A DNA stretch of 62,721 nucleotides, counting the filler, from Atractiella rhizophila (lineage: Eukaryota): assembly GCA_021432655.1 (NCBI GenBank). It is 3 parts of 3 records of this genome, joined end to end, with 100 filler letters (N's around TTAATTAATTAA, not from the genome) between each part and the next. Parts side by side here need not be neighbours in the genome. Positions count along the whole stretch, not along the records: positions 1 to 28,542 come from MU271732.1; 2 more parts are not named here. One strand, written 5' to 3'. A program made the translations under genes and the position numbers. Below the pieces are notes generated by a model. That model saw only the letters and a list, made by a program, of their open reading frames with translations, was not told the DNA's origin and did not search any database. Positions 14,310-26,580 of the stretch are shown in pieces (position 1 is the stretch's first letter; each line of letters begins with the position of its first letter).

Positions 14310-14810
14310 GAGCCTGTTTGGCAACTCCCAAATTCGAAATCCTGGCTAACGTCAATTGGACGCGAATCCAGAACCACTAATCAACAACTGCTCAAACACC
14401 TAGCCTTTCTTCTATGCATCCAAACCGAATACTCACGCCTTCTGATAAGTGCAACTCACCCCATATTAACAGTCCACCGACGACAATACCAATGCTGCCC
14501 ACAAACCCCGCGACTCCAATAGCAGCCCACTTTGCTGTTCCCTTTGCCGAAACGGACAGCTGCCGCCGTTGGAGGCGTTGGAAATGCGAATGTGAGTGAA
14601 ACACGCAGGAAAAACGCGACTGAGGACGCAGTCGCGGACGAAGCTGGAACGGCCAAGCGAAGGCAAGTCAGAAGTTTTCCAAATCAGAATGAAGATGGGC
14701 AACAGCGAGTACACTCAAATTCTCAATTCAGGAAGCTGCTTGAATTGGATTCCCAATTCAGGCAATTCACAAAATTCGAACTCAGGCAGAATTGACAGCC
14801 AAACGGGAAC
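14310..14810. mobile_element. PIF/Harbinger-like non-autonomous element (MITE)
   Basis: 13-bp imperfect TIRs GAGCCTGTTTGGC / GCCAAACGGGAAC flanked by TTA on both sides; right ~200 bp recurs inverted at 42477-42680. Confidence 0.75.
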
Positions 14811-14847
14811 TTAGACAATATGGACCGTCAATCAAGTCAACAGTCAC

Positions 14848-17800
14848 TAAGGCATCGACACGGTTTTGACTATCGCGAAGACCGTGCTCCCCGCCCGCGA
14901 TCGTACCTCGTACGGGTGTCCCCACGGGGCAGCTGTGTCCCCCGTGAGACGGGGACGGTGCGAGTGATGGTCTTGAGTTGTGAGCAAGATGGCAACCGCG
15001 GTCAACCGTGGGGATCGACAAGGGTACGAGTTTATGGGTGGAGGTACAGTGCGGGAAGACAACCACGAATTTACGAGGGTAGCAAGGATTGGTGGTTCTT
15101 AGAGCATGATGTTATATAGTATGGTCAAATTTTTTTGCAACATTGTCCGTCCATCCTTGCGCTCTCAACATGTCCCCTCCTCTCGCTCTCTGCCAACAGC
15201 CTGTCACCCATTCAAATGATGTTGTAGACCTCACCAGCCCAGACACCTCTGCCGTCGAAAAGCGGTCACGTTTGCACTCTGACTCTGAGAATGATGAAAG
15301 TGGCGATGATGCTGAGGCAGCTGGCTATGGTGCAGCATTTACCAGGAAGCTTCCAGAAGGGGTAAAGAGTATTGTTGGCTATGATGCCATAGTGGGCTGG
15401 TCTGACCGAGAAATAATCTGTAAGTACTGAGATTGCATGGGCTACACAGAGGTGACAGGGGTTCAATAGCGACCGATCTTACCCGTTGGAAGCAGTCTCA
15501 GTGCTACAAACACTTTAAGCTGGTGCCAACCCTGGAGCGGACCCAGTTCGAGAAGACCATTCAAGCCGGAAAGACAGGCGACTTGCGAATTAGGTACACA
15601 TGGACATGCAAGCATGACCCATCACATAAATTCAGCCGCTTTCGAGATCAGACCAGCACAAAAGATATGACAGCAGATGTCAAAAAATGTGTCGTCCGTG
15701 TTTCATCATCTCATCGACCGTGCTGAGCATTAGCTGCATTTCATAGGAACGGCTTGCGAAGAAGCAGGCTAAGCTCGTTACCACGGAAGGCTCAGTGACA
15801 ATATCTGAACAGTTTTCACTTGAAGACCGGACTCTCGCCTCCCGTGTCTATCACGTCCTTTGGTGTGCCACAAAAGCACGACCGTTTGCAATCACAAAGG
15901 ATGATTATTACCGCAAGATCCACCTCGAGATCGACCAAACTGAGGAAGAGCTCATTCCTTATCCTGAACAGATTTCTGAGGATGCCAAGGTACTGCATTT
16001 CAGATGCAAAGATATCGTTAAACAGAAGTTACAGGTTTGCACCTTCCACTTTCCCTATCAGAATTAAACCTGAGTAAAAATGTAGGCATTAGAACATGTC
16101 AAGTTTTTCTCATTGGGACTTGACGGATGGACTTCACCAATGGGATACTCTTATGTAGCGGTCTTGCTTTATTATCATGATCATGGCAAGATGAGACATA
16201 CAGGATTGGGCTTTGTGAGGTATGTTCTTGCGTTTCAAGAGATTATCACTGATCCAAACTCAAGGATGGCAGAGTCACACACAGGTTACAATCTTGCTAG
16301 GAACATCCATGATGTGGTGGTGGAATATGAGCTAGAAGCCAAAGTGCGTTTGCGTTAGTTCCTTTCAGATAGCTGTACTTCCTCAATTGGTCCCCCAGAT
16401 CTTCTGCGCAATTGCTGACAATGCTGCCAACAACAACACCTTTGTGGAAGCCCTAGCTGACTATCCAGGTATGACTGCATTCCAGGGAGAGAAGACACGG
16501 ATACGTTGTTTTGATCATATTTTAAATCTTGTCATGGCTGTATGATATTTCGTTTTGCCTTACCTACATCTAATTGATGACATTACAGGGATTTTTTAGT
16601 CGCTTTGGAAAGCCTCTTATAAAGAGAAGCACACGGATGGGAACAAACATGCTGGAGCCAGATGAGAAAGCCTTGGCAGAGCTGGAGCAGGAGCTTGCAG
16701 ATGATGTCGCAGAGGCACTAGAAGGTGAAGGTGAGCTTCCTTCATTTATATGAACAGTGCGGAAGTCACTCCGTGTTTCCAGAGCGTGGGCAACTTACAT
16801 TTGAAGACAATGTGATTGAAGAAAGTAGAAAGGAAATTGCCCAGAAGGATACTGCTATCCGTGGCCCACATGGGGTGCATGTCCCGGAGAAGGATGCAAA
16901 GCAGGCCCGCTTCACCCTTACCAAGGTAAGCTCCACACCACACCAATTCATATAATCACATGGTTGATCTATGATGAAGCTTACCGGCATATCCAAACGT
17001 GCCCGTGACAGTGACAAGATCTCCACAGCTCTCATCCGCACCATCAAAACTGCAAAGGAACTCAATCCAGACGGACCGCTGAAAGAGGTAGATGATGAAC
17101 TGAAGTTGGTTCGACATTGTCCAACTAGATGGAATGGTAAAGGTGACATGATTGAAAGAGCACTCAAAATGGAGCATGCTATCATTCAGATTTGTGCTGA
17201 TCCAACTCTCAATTTGGATGTCTGCAGGTTAACAGCAGCAGAATGGAAGATCCTCAAGGAGATGCGGCCAACCCTTGCTGTATGTATCTCTCTGCCTTTT
17301 ACAGGGCTTTTTTATAACTATAGTTAGATGGCCAAGAAAATCACCTTAGAATTTTCAAAGACGGACACATCAAACCTTGGAGAGATTGTAGTTCTGTTCA
17401 ACAATATTGCCATGCATCTCTCGCACATCTACGAGGAGTATAAAGATCCTGTTACCAAAATGATTGTCAAGCCAACAGCACACACAGCAATTCAAGCTGG
17501 TGCTCAGATTGCTCACAGGGTCCTTGACAAATACTATCTGAAATGTGCTGATCAATCGCACATCTATATCTGGGCATTATGTATGTCAATTTGTCCCTGA
17601 GCTTGTTTGTTGTTAATTAATGGCTGACTGTAACACCATAGTGCTGCATCCACAGCGTCGCATGGAGTATCTGAAGATGATAAACTGGGACGAGGAATGG
17701 ATGAATGATGCTGAAAAAACACTTTACAATTTTTGGGATACACATTACAAACCAGCTGCAACTGAGACATTGAGTGAAGCTGTCAATGTTGCCGTGTCGT

Positions 17801-18661
17801 CTGAGGTGGTATTTTAAGTGCTGATTGTGGAAATGTGCTGATAACTTGAGGGAAAAGGATTTCAATACACTGGCTCAGTATGATCCTCAGCTGGCCGCTA
17901 CATCTGTAGATGTTACATGCAGCATTGAGAATCCGGTCAATACCTTCATCCATGCCAAACCTGATCCGTTGTGGCGCAAGGTCAATGGAAAGCCAGTTAT
18001 GAAGAAAATTGACCCTCTTCGGTACCACTATCAACGCTACAAGAAAGCGCCGGATGCTGTTGAGAGGAGTTTCCATCAGTGCGCAATGGACATTTCCGCG
18101 GTCCCAGGTAAGTAATTAGTTGTCAATCTGCTCGTGCGGCTCACATGAACATCAGCACACACGGCCGACATCGAACGTAGCTTCTCAGATGGAGGGGAAA
18201 TTGCCACTTTCCTCCGCCTTTCCATGAAAGACGAGACTTTCCGCTCTCAGACCATGTTGAGATTGTGGCATGAACAGGGCATGCTCCCCAGTTTGCCTGG
18301 GCTTATAGGGATGTTGAAGGCTGAGAAGGCAGACAAGATGGAGAAAAGGCCTAAGAAGAAGCAAAAGACCAATGAGAAGGAAGTGATATCCCTATGAGAC
18401 TCCAGAGAACATTTAAAATTATTTTATTTTAATGACATCTTACTAGTACCCTAATCAGCAGTCAATTACAGCCACGTTTACGCAACTTTGTCACCTTTGA
18501 TACACGTCACCGTGGGCTCCCCGCCTCCTCGTACGGTTCCTCGCCGGGGGTACGGAGTCCTCGTCGAAGGAGACGAGGACGGATTGCGGTCTGGACTTGG
18601 GGGCCACGAAACCGCACGGTTACCCCCGCGTCCCCCCGCGGTGGACCGTGTCGATGCCTTA
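14848..18661 (+). mobile_element. hAT DNA transposon
   Basis: Perfect 17-bp TIR TAAGGCATCGACACGGT; 8-bp TSD ACAGTCAC/CCAGTCAC (7/8); GC-rich subterminal repeats. Confidence 0.95.
15170..18397 (+). CDS. hAT transposase (multi-exon)
   Basis: LDGWTSP, ADNAANN, RCFDHILNL, PTRWN and ADIERSFS motifs. Confidence 0.9.
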
Positions 18662-18962
18662 CCAGTCACCCTGCCCTCCCAACTCAAGTCTCTCAATCAA
18701 CACTGCAGGTCGGATCTTCTACAAGCATTCTTCCGACTCGCAATCGTGATGAAAAGAAAGACACGACCGCCGAACAAGGAGTAAGGACACGAGTAAGTGG
18801 TCCAATTTTGCTACACAGTAGTTAACAACAACTTATAGCCGGATTTGAATGTGGCCTTTACCAAGACTGTCCTCAGCTCCAAGCTTTACCCAGTTCGTGC
18901 TATTGGGACACTAGTTCGTCACTGTCTTCTCCGCTCTTCTTTGCACTGACGTATTTCTCTAG

Positions 18963-19595
18963 TCGGAGCCTTGCGAGGAGGTTTTGGAAATTGGAGAAGA
19001 AATAGGCTGGGGAGCATTTGCGACGGTCTTTAAGGCTAACTGGGGGAAAAGAACGGTGGCCGTGAAGTACTTTGACGGTTCGCGAAAGATGCAAGATCCT
19101 AGTCAAACTAATATGGACTACTTTCGAAGAGAAGTACAGGTGTATGAGTGGCTTTCCAGTCTGCAAGGGAAGTACATTCCTAAGGTTTATGGAAGCTACG
19201 AACGAGTGGAGGAGAGATTCGGGAGGGAGGAGAGGTTTGGAATTGTCGTGATGGAGGTACTTACAGGAGCATTTCAGGATGACATTGAGACGGTGTCGTT
19301 GGAAGCTAGGTAGGATTGAACTGTCCGGCTGAGCTATATTTGATGCGCGGCGATTAGACAAAAGGCACTCGTAGCGCTGAAGAAAGTGCACGAAATCGGG
19401 GTGCTTCAGGGCGATATTCGAGTTCAAAACTTTTATTTTGGCTCGGAGAAAGAGTATCTCATCGACTTCTCACATTCTCGAGTTTCGGAATACGGGAGGG
19501 AGTTGAACTTTGAGGAGGAGAAGGCAAAAGTCTGTCTGGGACTAGGCGAAACTACCTCAAGAAGAAATCGGCCAGCTTCTACACGCGAACATGAG
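18963..19595 (+). CDS. Protein kinase domain (C-terminal part of the disrupted nuclease-kinase gene)
   Basis: IGWGAFATVF, VAVK, RREVQVY..L..LQG.YIP, VLQGDIRVQNF, LIDFSHS. Confidence 0.8.
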
Positions 19596-19643
19596 GTATC
19601 GAACCGTTTTGTGTTCTTGACGACTCAATTGACGTTCTCTCAG

Positions 19644-20960
19644 ATGTCATCCATGTCGTGGCTTGAACCCAACAGTGAGCCCAATAGAGGTTTGGAATGG
19701 GTAGAGACATTGTTCGGCTTTGAGCCCAAATGGAAGGAATCCCCTGAGATTACTACTCTAACAACTCTTGCGCGTCGCGTCCTCTCGCTGCCCTCGACCT
19801 CATCGTGCTCCGTCTCCTTCCTTGCCGCAGGCGCCTTCAACAAGTTGTACACCATCTACCACTCTTCCTCCGAGTCCTCGGCTTCAGAATTGTCGCAGGA
19901 TAGAGAACAACAACGTGTGCTCCGTGTTGCACTTCCTGTCGATCCAAAATTCAAGGTACTTTCGGAAGTCGCCACGCTCACGTTCCTTTGTCAATTCTCC
20001 AAACTTGTGCCTGAGCCGCTGGAATACGATGACGGGAGGGATAACGAAGTTGGCTTCGAATGGATGTTGATGAGCAAGGTTGAAGGATTGCCCATCGAGG
20101 AAAGCTGGCGAGCCCTAAATTGGGAGGAGAAGGAAAGAGTCGTTAATGATGTGGTGACATTCTTGGCGGATTTGTTCAACAGACGATTTGAAGGAATCGG
20201 GAGTTTGTTTTGCGATCGTGAAGGGAAAAAGGAAAGCAGTTTCAAGGTCGGAAGAATCGTCTCGATGATTTTCTTCTGGCACAATCACCTCCAATATCCG
20301 ATACCTCGAGGCCCTTTTCGCTCTTCGCACGACTGGTTGGACGCTCGCCTCTCCATCCATCACCTCGACGCCCAAAACATTATTGAAACATGCAAGGATG
20401 ACGACGAAGTTGAATTCGCGCGTGAGACACAAAAACGGCTCGTCCGCCTTCGCACCTTACTTCCGCTCCTTTTCCCCCCTCCTTCCAACGGTGCAAGCGA
20501 AGAAACTGCGCTGTACCACGCCGACCTCTCTTGGCACAACCTCCTCGTTTCTCCCACGCAAAAGACCCTATCCGGAATCGTAGACTGAGAGTGTGCCTGC
20601 ACGCTACCGCTGTGGAAGGTCTGTTCGCTCCCTTCGTTCCTGCTAGGAAGGGAGCGGGAAGAGGAACCAAAGGCCCTTCAATACACGTCTGAAGAGACGG
20701 GTTTGGTGTCAGACTTGTTTGAGGAGCATACGCGAGAGTTTGAGCAGACCAAGTTGCGAAGGTTCTTTTTAGAGAAGATGGAAGAGATAAAGCCAGAATG
20801 GACTCGGGTATATAGGAATGAGATGAGAAGGAGAGACTTTGAAATAGCGATAGAGTATTGCGACAATGAGTTTTGCGCGAATGGAGTGGATCGATGGATT
20901 GAAGCAGTTGAAAGGGGAGACGAGCCGGGGCAGTCTTTGCTTGAAAGATTGCTTTTTTGA
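19644..20960 (+). pseudogene. APH/choline-kinase-like phosphotransferase with in-frame TGA
   Basis: GAFNKLY, SEVATL, HADLSWHNLLV, GIVD*E (TGA 20586-20588 where W is expected); frame continues to stop at 20960. Confidence 0.8.
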
Positions 20961-21419
20961 CAAGTTGTCAGTTGACTTCCTTTTTCGACCAAGGTAGAGA
21001 ATCTTTCATTTTTGCACATACATCTCATTCATCGAGAAGACCACGGGCAGTATGAGCTGCATCAATAGAGAGAACGTAAAAACTCACTGACTAGCAATGC
21101 GCTGATCAGAGTTGTGATCACACCTTGATGCACATGTAACACTTTCCCTTCGTTTGCAGCGAAAGTCAGGTCATGTTGTCATCAGCAGAACCTCAGATTA
21201 ACGTTTAACACTGGTCGACATTCGCCTGTATCAGCTGCACACTGTAAACAATAAACAAGAATATCTGAGCAAGGCGACGCGGAGCGGCATTGTAAATCAT
21301 TCAAGGAGACTTTTCGTTCCTCTCCTACTGTAAAGAAGTTAGGAGGTTCTCCCTTTATGCCTTAACGATTAGATAATGAACGAATTGAAATAATTGTTTC
21401 CTCAACTAGTCAACGTCAG

Positions 21420-23967
21420 CCAGAATGTCAGCCCGCACTGTTGCAAACAATTCCACTCTTGGAGGGAAGCCATGTTGAAAGCTTGAACCCACACCCGCTT
21501 TACACATCTTTCTGACTGGACAATACGTGGGCGTATGAGAAGCGAAAACACATCGCCAGTCTGGCTCTTTGGCAGACAAAAAAAGGTTGCGGACCAGAAT
21601 ACTGTTTTGAATTAACCCCTTCTATTCCCCAAATCGAACCCACTCAACGACAACAATCATTATTTCATACGATTCAATCACTCCTCGCCCTACTCCAATC
21701 CATGTCTTTGACCTCGACCACTGTTCGCCATTTGCTCCAACATCCAGTTTGGCGCCTTCGAACCAAACAAACCACTCTTCGACCACGATCAATTTTGCCT
21801 CTCAGAGGACCTTTCGCAAGGAGCACACCGATCAGGAGTTACACGCAGGATACAAAGATGGAGGAATTGAAAGGTTACGACCCAGTTCAGGTGAGTGGCT
21901 GATGTCGTGCGGAAACTTTGCGATCTGGGAATGCTCGTAACATCTGAACATGTTGCTTGCTGGGTTTCAACACAAGAGAAAGAAACTGGATTTTGTAGAG
22001 CTGCTAAAATGAAACGGTGTCTAGATTGTCTGCCGCGTGTGCAATTGCAGTCGATATGTTTCTTCGAGATGAACCCATACCGAGTTTCATAGTAGGCAAA
22101 CCATTCTTGCATCCATTCAGAGAGGCAGAGGTCGAATGTCTGTGCGAAGGGAGATTCGAAGCGGCCTTCATGGATAGCCAAAGTTTGAGTCTTCTAGACT
22201 ATCTGAGTTGCGTTATTTAAGTGAGCTGGACTAAATTCCACACTATGAGCTTAGCTAGCTCACACTTGCTTCCCTCTCACATTGCTTTGTTCTACTTGTG
22301 GGAGAGAAAGATGAAATGGAGGTAGCTAAAAGGATTCCCGAGTCCTGGGTTTTCGACCAGGAACACGCTTTCTACGTGAATGCACCCCATTCGGCTTGAG
22401 CTTACTTTCATTCGTTGGCTTGTAACGCGAGCACCTACGGCCGCTACCGGTGAAAATGTTGACCTGTAGACTGCTCGTTGATTATGAGCTGATCAAGTCC
22501 CGTGCTTTGCGTTAAACATCTGCCCTGATGCTACACTTCACAGGTTTCCCTCATGTCTGAGCGCCTCATCATGGTGACGCCAGACGATGTTCCGACAGGC
22601 TCAGACTCAAAAGTGAACGGGCACCTCATGTCCAACATCCTCCCTCCCAAGTCTTATCTCCATCGAGCCTTCAGCGCCTTCATCTTCCGGCCTACCAGAA
22701 TGTCAGCCAGCACTGTTGCAAACAATTCCACTCTTGGAGGGAACCATGTCGAAAGCTTGAACCCACACCCGCTTTACACATCTTTCTGACTGCACAATAC
22801 GTGCGCGTATGAGAAGCGAAAACACATCGCCAGCCTGGCTCTTGGGCAGACAAAAAAGGTTGCGGACCAGAATACTGTTTTGAATTAACCCCTTCTCTTC
22901 CCCAAATCGAACCCACCCAACGACAACAATCATTATTTCATAAGATTCAATCACTCCTCGCCCTACTCCAATCCATGTCTTTGACCTCGACCAGTGTTCG
23001 CCATTTGCTCCAACAACCAGTTTGGCGCCTTCGAACCAAACAAACCACCCTTCGACCACGATCAATTTTGCCTCTCAGAGGACCTTTCGCAAGGAGCACA
23101 CTGATCAGGAGTTACACGCAGGATACAAAGATGGAGGAATTGAAAGGTTATGACCCAGTTCAGGTGAGTGGCTGATGTCGTGTTGAAACTTCGCGATCTG
23201 GGAATGCTCGTAACATCTGACCATGTTGCTTGCTGGGTTTCAACACAAAAGAAAGAAACTGGGTTTTGTAGAGCTGCTAAAATGAAACGGTGTCTGGATT
23301 GTCTGCCGCGTGTGCAATTGCAGTCGATATGTTTCTTCGAGATGAACCCATACCGAGTTTCAGAGTAGGCAAACCATTCTTTCATCCATTCAGAGAGGCA
23401 GAGGTCGAATGTCTGTGCGAAGGGAGATTCGACGAGGCCTTCATGGATAGCCAAAGTTTGAGTCTTCTAGACTATCTGAGTTGCGTTATTTAAGTGAGCT
23501 GGACTAAATTCCACACTATGAGCTTAGCTAGCTCACACTTGCTTCCCTCTCACATTGCTTTGTTCTACTTGTGGGAGAGAAAGATGAAATGGAGGTAGCT
23601 AAAAGGATTCCCGAGTCCTGGGTTTTCGACCAGGAACACGCTTTCTACGTGAATGCACCCCATTCGGCTTGAGCTTACTTTCATTCGTTGGCTTGTAACG
23701 CGAGCACCTACGGCCGCTACCGGTGAAAATGTTGACCTGTAGACTGCTCGTTGATTATGAGCTGATCAAGTCCCCGTGCTTTGCGTTAAACATCTGCCCT
23801 GATGCTACACTTCACGGGTTTCCCTCATGTCTGAGCGTCTCATCATGGTGACGCCAGATGATGTTCCGACAGGCTCAGACTCAAAAGTGAACGGGCACCT
23901 CATGTCCAACATCCTCCCTCCCAAGTCTTATCTCCATCGAGCCTTCAGCGCCTTCATCTTCCGGCCT
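21420..23967 (+). repeat. Tandem duplication, ~1.27-kb unit (21420-22693 / 22695-23967) of the IDI1 5' region
   Basis: Near-identical promoter, exon 1, intron 1 and start of exon 2. Confidence 0.97.
21702..22693 (+). pseudogene. IDI1: 3'-truncated IDI1 duplicate
   Basis: Exon 1 and exon 2 up to HRAFSAFIFRP, then the junction into the second unit. Confidence 0.85.
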
Positions 23968-24612
23968 TCCGATGGTCGTTTGCTCCTTCAGAAGAGGGCA
24001 GACGAGAAGATCACGTTCCCTTCGATGTGGACAAACACCTGCTGTTCGCATCCTCTCTGGCTTGATGCAGAGCGCGAAGAAAAAGGCCAGATGGGCGTGC
24101 GTAGAGCTGTACAGAGGAAGTTGCTTCATGAGCTAGGCATACCGTTGGAGACGATCAAATTGGACGAAATGGTTTATGTTACGAGGATTCACTATCTCGC
24201 TCCGAGTGATGGGAAGTGGGGAGAGCACGAGAGTAGGTCTTGCCCTCTGTCAGGTGGGTGAGTGGAGGATGCTAACAAAGGCATGAAATAGTCGACTATG
24301 TTATGTTCATCGTTGCCGATGTTCCCCTTGAACCAAGCCCGAACGAGGTCTCTGATACGAAGTATGTATCGAAAGACGAATTAGAGGCGTTTTTCAAAGA
24401 TCCGCGTAAGTTCTCTGCTGTAAAGGTGTCTGCGTCTATTGAAACTGAGAATAGAAAACTCTTTTACTCCCTGGTTCAAGCTGATTGCTCAATCTTTCCT
24501 TTACAAATGGTGGGACCATCTACTCGAAGGTGGCAAGGCGGATTTGGAACGCGTCAAAGGATTAATCGAAAGTGGGGGCGAGCGTGATACTATTCAGAGA
24601 ATGGTGGAATGA
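22975..24612 (+). CDS. IDI1: Isopentenyl-diphosphate delta-isomerase (type 1)
   Basis: LHRAFS, LLLQKRADEKITFPSMWTNTCCSHP, WGEHEIDY, FTPWFKLI; introns 23164-23817, 24233-24291, 24406-24454; intron-1 acceptor reads CGG. Confidence 0.95.
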
Positions 24613-24987
24613 AACCTGCCGTGAATTTATTGGGACTACATTTACCTTTAATGGAATTCAAGGAATTATTTGCGTTGTCATACGTTGTGCATTCGCGACT
24701 GTTATCAATGACTAAGTCTCGGTTCACGGCGCTCCCATTGATGACCCAAATTATTGTTTGCAGGACAAAGGGAAGGAAAGAGAACGTATTCCAGCGTGGT
24801 ACCGAAAAAACTTTTAACAAATCCGAGACGATGAGAAAAACACGAGGAACATAACATCTCTGATGTTGCGCAGAAATCGAAACAAACCCGAGTCTCAATA
24901 TTAAGCGATATATACTAGTACCGTACATCATCAAGTATAACGATAACAATTCACCCAATTTCGATTGTTTCATTTCGTTGAGAAAGC

Positions 24988-26580
24988 TCAAGATGTGATG
25001 GACGAAGTGCGAGATATTTGAGGATACGACACTTGATAAGCGTTTGGATTGCTCGATATATCCTTCCCTCCAGTGAAGCCAGGTCCCTTGATGGGGACAG
25101 CCTTCTCGTCGTCACCCAACTCTTCTGCAGCTGAATGTTCCTACTCCCCGATAAGCTGTGATGGAAATAAGGATTGAATACGAACTCTTTCGACCTGTAC
25201 GATCGTTTCATGCTGGACCGAAATGGCATTCATGAGCATGCTCGGTGGGTTTGCCATTGACTTCGGGCCACTAGTATTTCCCGGCGTAGTGAGGGATTCC
25301 CTCATCAAGAGATTCACAAGCAAGGTGATGGAGTAGGCACGGCCAAGATTAAAAAGAATGCCCGTCGGTACATTACTGAGATATATCAGCAGAGGACGTA
25401 GCCGGGAGCAAGGTACATACGTTGCATTGTTCTGCAAGTAAGTTATCAATGCTGTGACGGCAATCTGAAGAGAAACGTCAGTCCAAGTTAACCTGAAGGG
25501 ATGCGACATACTACGGCTGTTGGTGTACTAGTCTCGATTGCAAGCAAGCACAATGCTGCAATCAGTTTTCTAGTCTCTGTATAAGTAGGATATGTCAGAT
25601 ATCAGTCCAGAGAAGAAAGCGAAATCCGACGCACGTTGAAGTTGCTGCCAAGATCGGTAACGCAGAAGGTGAATAATCAAGGTAGCAGCAATCACGACAT
25701 CTAAACTCAAAATCAGAAGGTTTGTAAGTCACATAGATCGACTAACCACAGAGAGCCTTTGTTCCTGCCCATAGAATTGCCGGAATTTTGATATGGCCTC
25801 TTTCCGTGTATTCCGTGTACTTGATAACTGTGGCAGAGAGCGCGATAGAACCTGCAAAAGCGAGGAGGGCTAGAACTGCCAATAGGCCAGTGACGATGGG
25901 GTTGCGTGATAGGCGGAGGTAACGCTGAATGAAATAGCTCTGAACAATGATGGCGACGCTGGCTAGGGTGGGGTCAGGTACTGGCTTTTCGTTTGAAAAA
26001 GTATGAACCTGTAAGAAGAACGTATGCGGGAAATTGCCACCCTGCAGTCTATTTGTCAGACTTCACTGACACAATAGAACAAGACTTACCTTGACGTAGT
26101 AGATATGCTTCATTTCCCCAATTTGTTACCGTGTACCCATAAACGCCTGACGGTGGTCAGAAAAAGAAAACAAAAAGAAAGGAACCTACAAGACATTGTC
26201 ACAGCAGTACACGCCGTATCGAGGATACCGCACTGAGCCACCATCAGTTCGCACTCAAAAATGCGAGAAATGGACGGACGAGAGCAACAGCCGTTCGCAA
26301 CAGGAATCCGTCCCTCGAACGTGACCTCGAATAGTACAGGTACACCATGCACCTGTGCAGTCGAATTAGACGACCATCAAAAGATACAATAAGCAGATAC
26401 ATTTCCAAACCCCATAAAGCGGCGTTTGTCCTGTTACAGGTCAGCAAACTGCTTAATCACCGCAGTGCACTTCTCACCAGGTCCCAATGACTGTAAAGAC
26501 GTCAGACGGTATCCCACAAAAAGTGAAGCCTTCGACTCACCGATGGGAATAACCACCACTTTTAAGGCTTCAGAGGGCAT
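24988..26580 (-). CDS. DUF6534-like multi-pass membrane protein
   Basis: Spliced N-terminus MPSEALKVVVIPIVIGTWTNAALWGLEMCMVYLYY; C-terminal YSITLLVNLLMRESL; TATA at ~26660. Confidence 0.7.

Noticed and set aside
14900..15060. GC-rich short repeats and hairpins (also 18500-18645)
   Set aside because: Explained as hAT subterminal repeats.
23371..23377. AAACCAT resembling the snR30/U17 m2 motif
   Set aside because: No matching m1 motif or properly placed ACA box.
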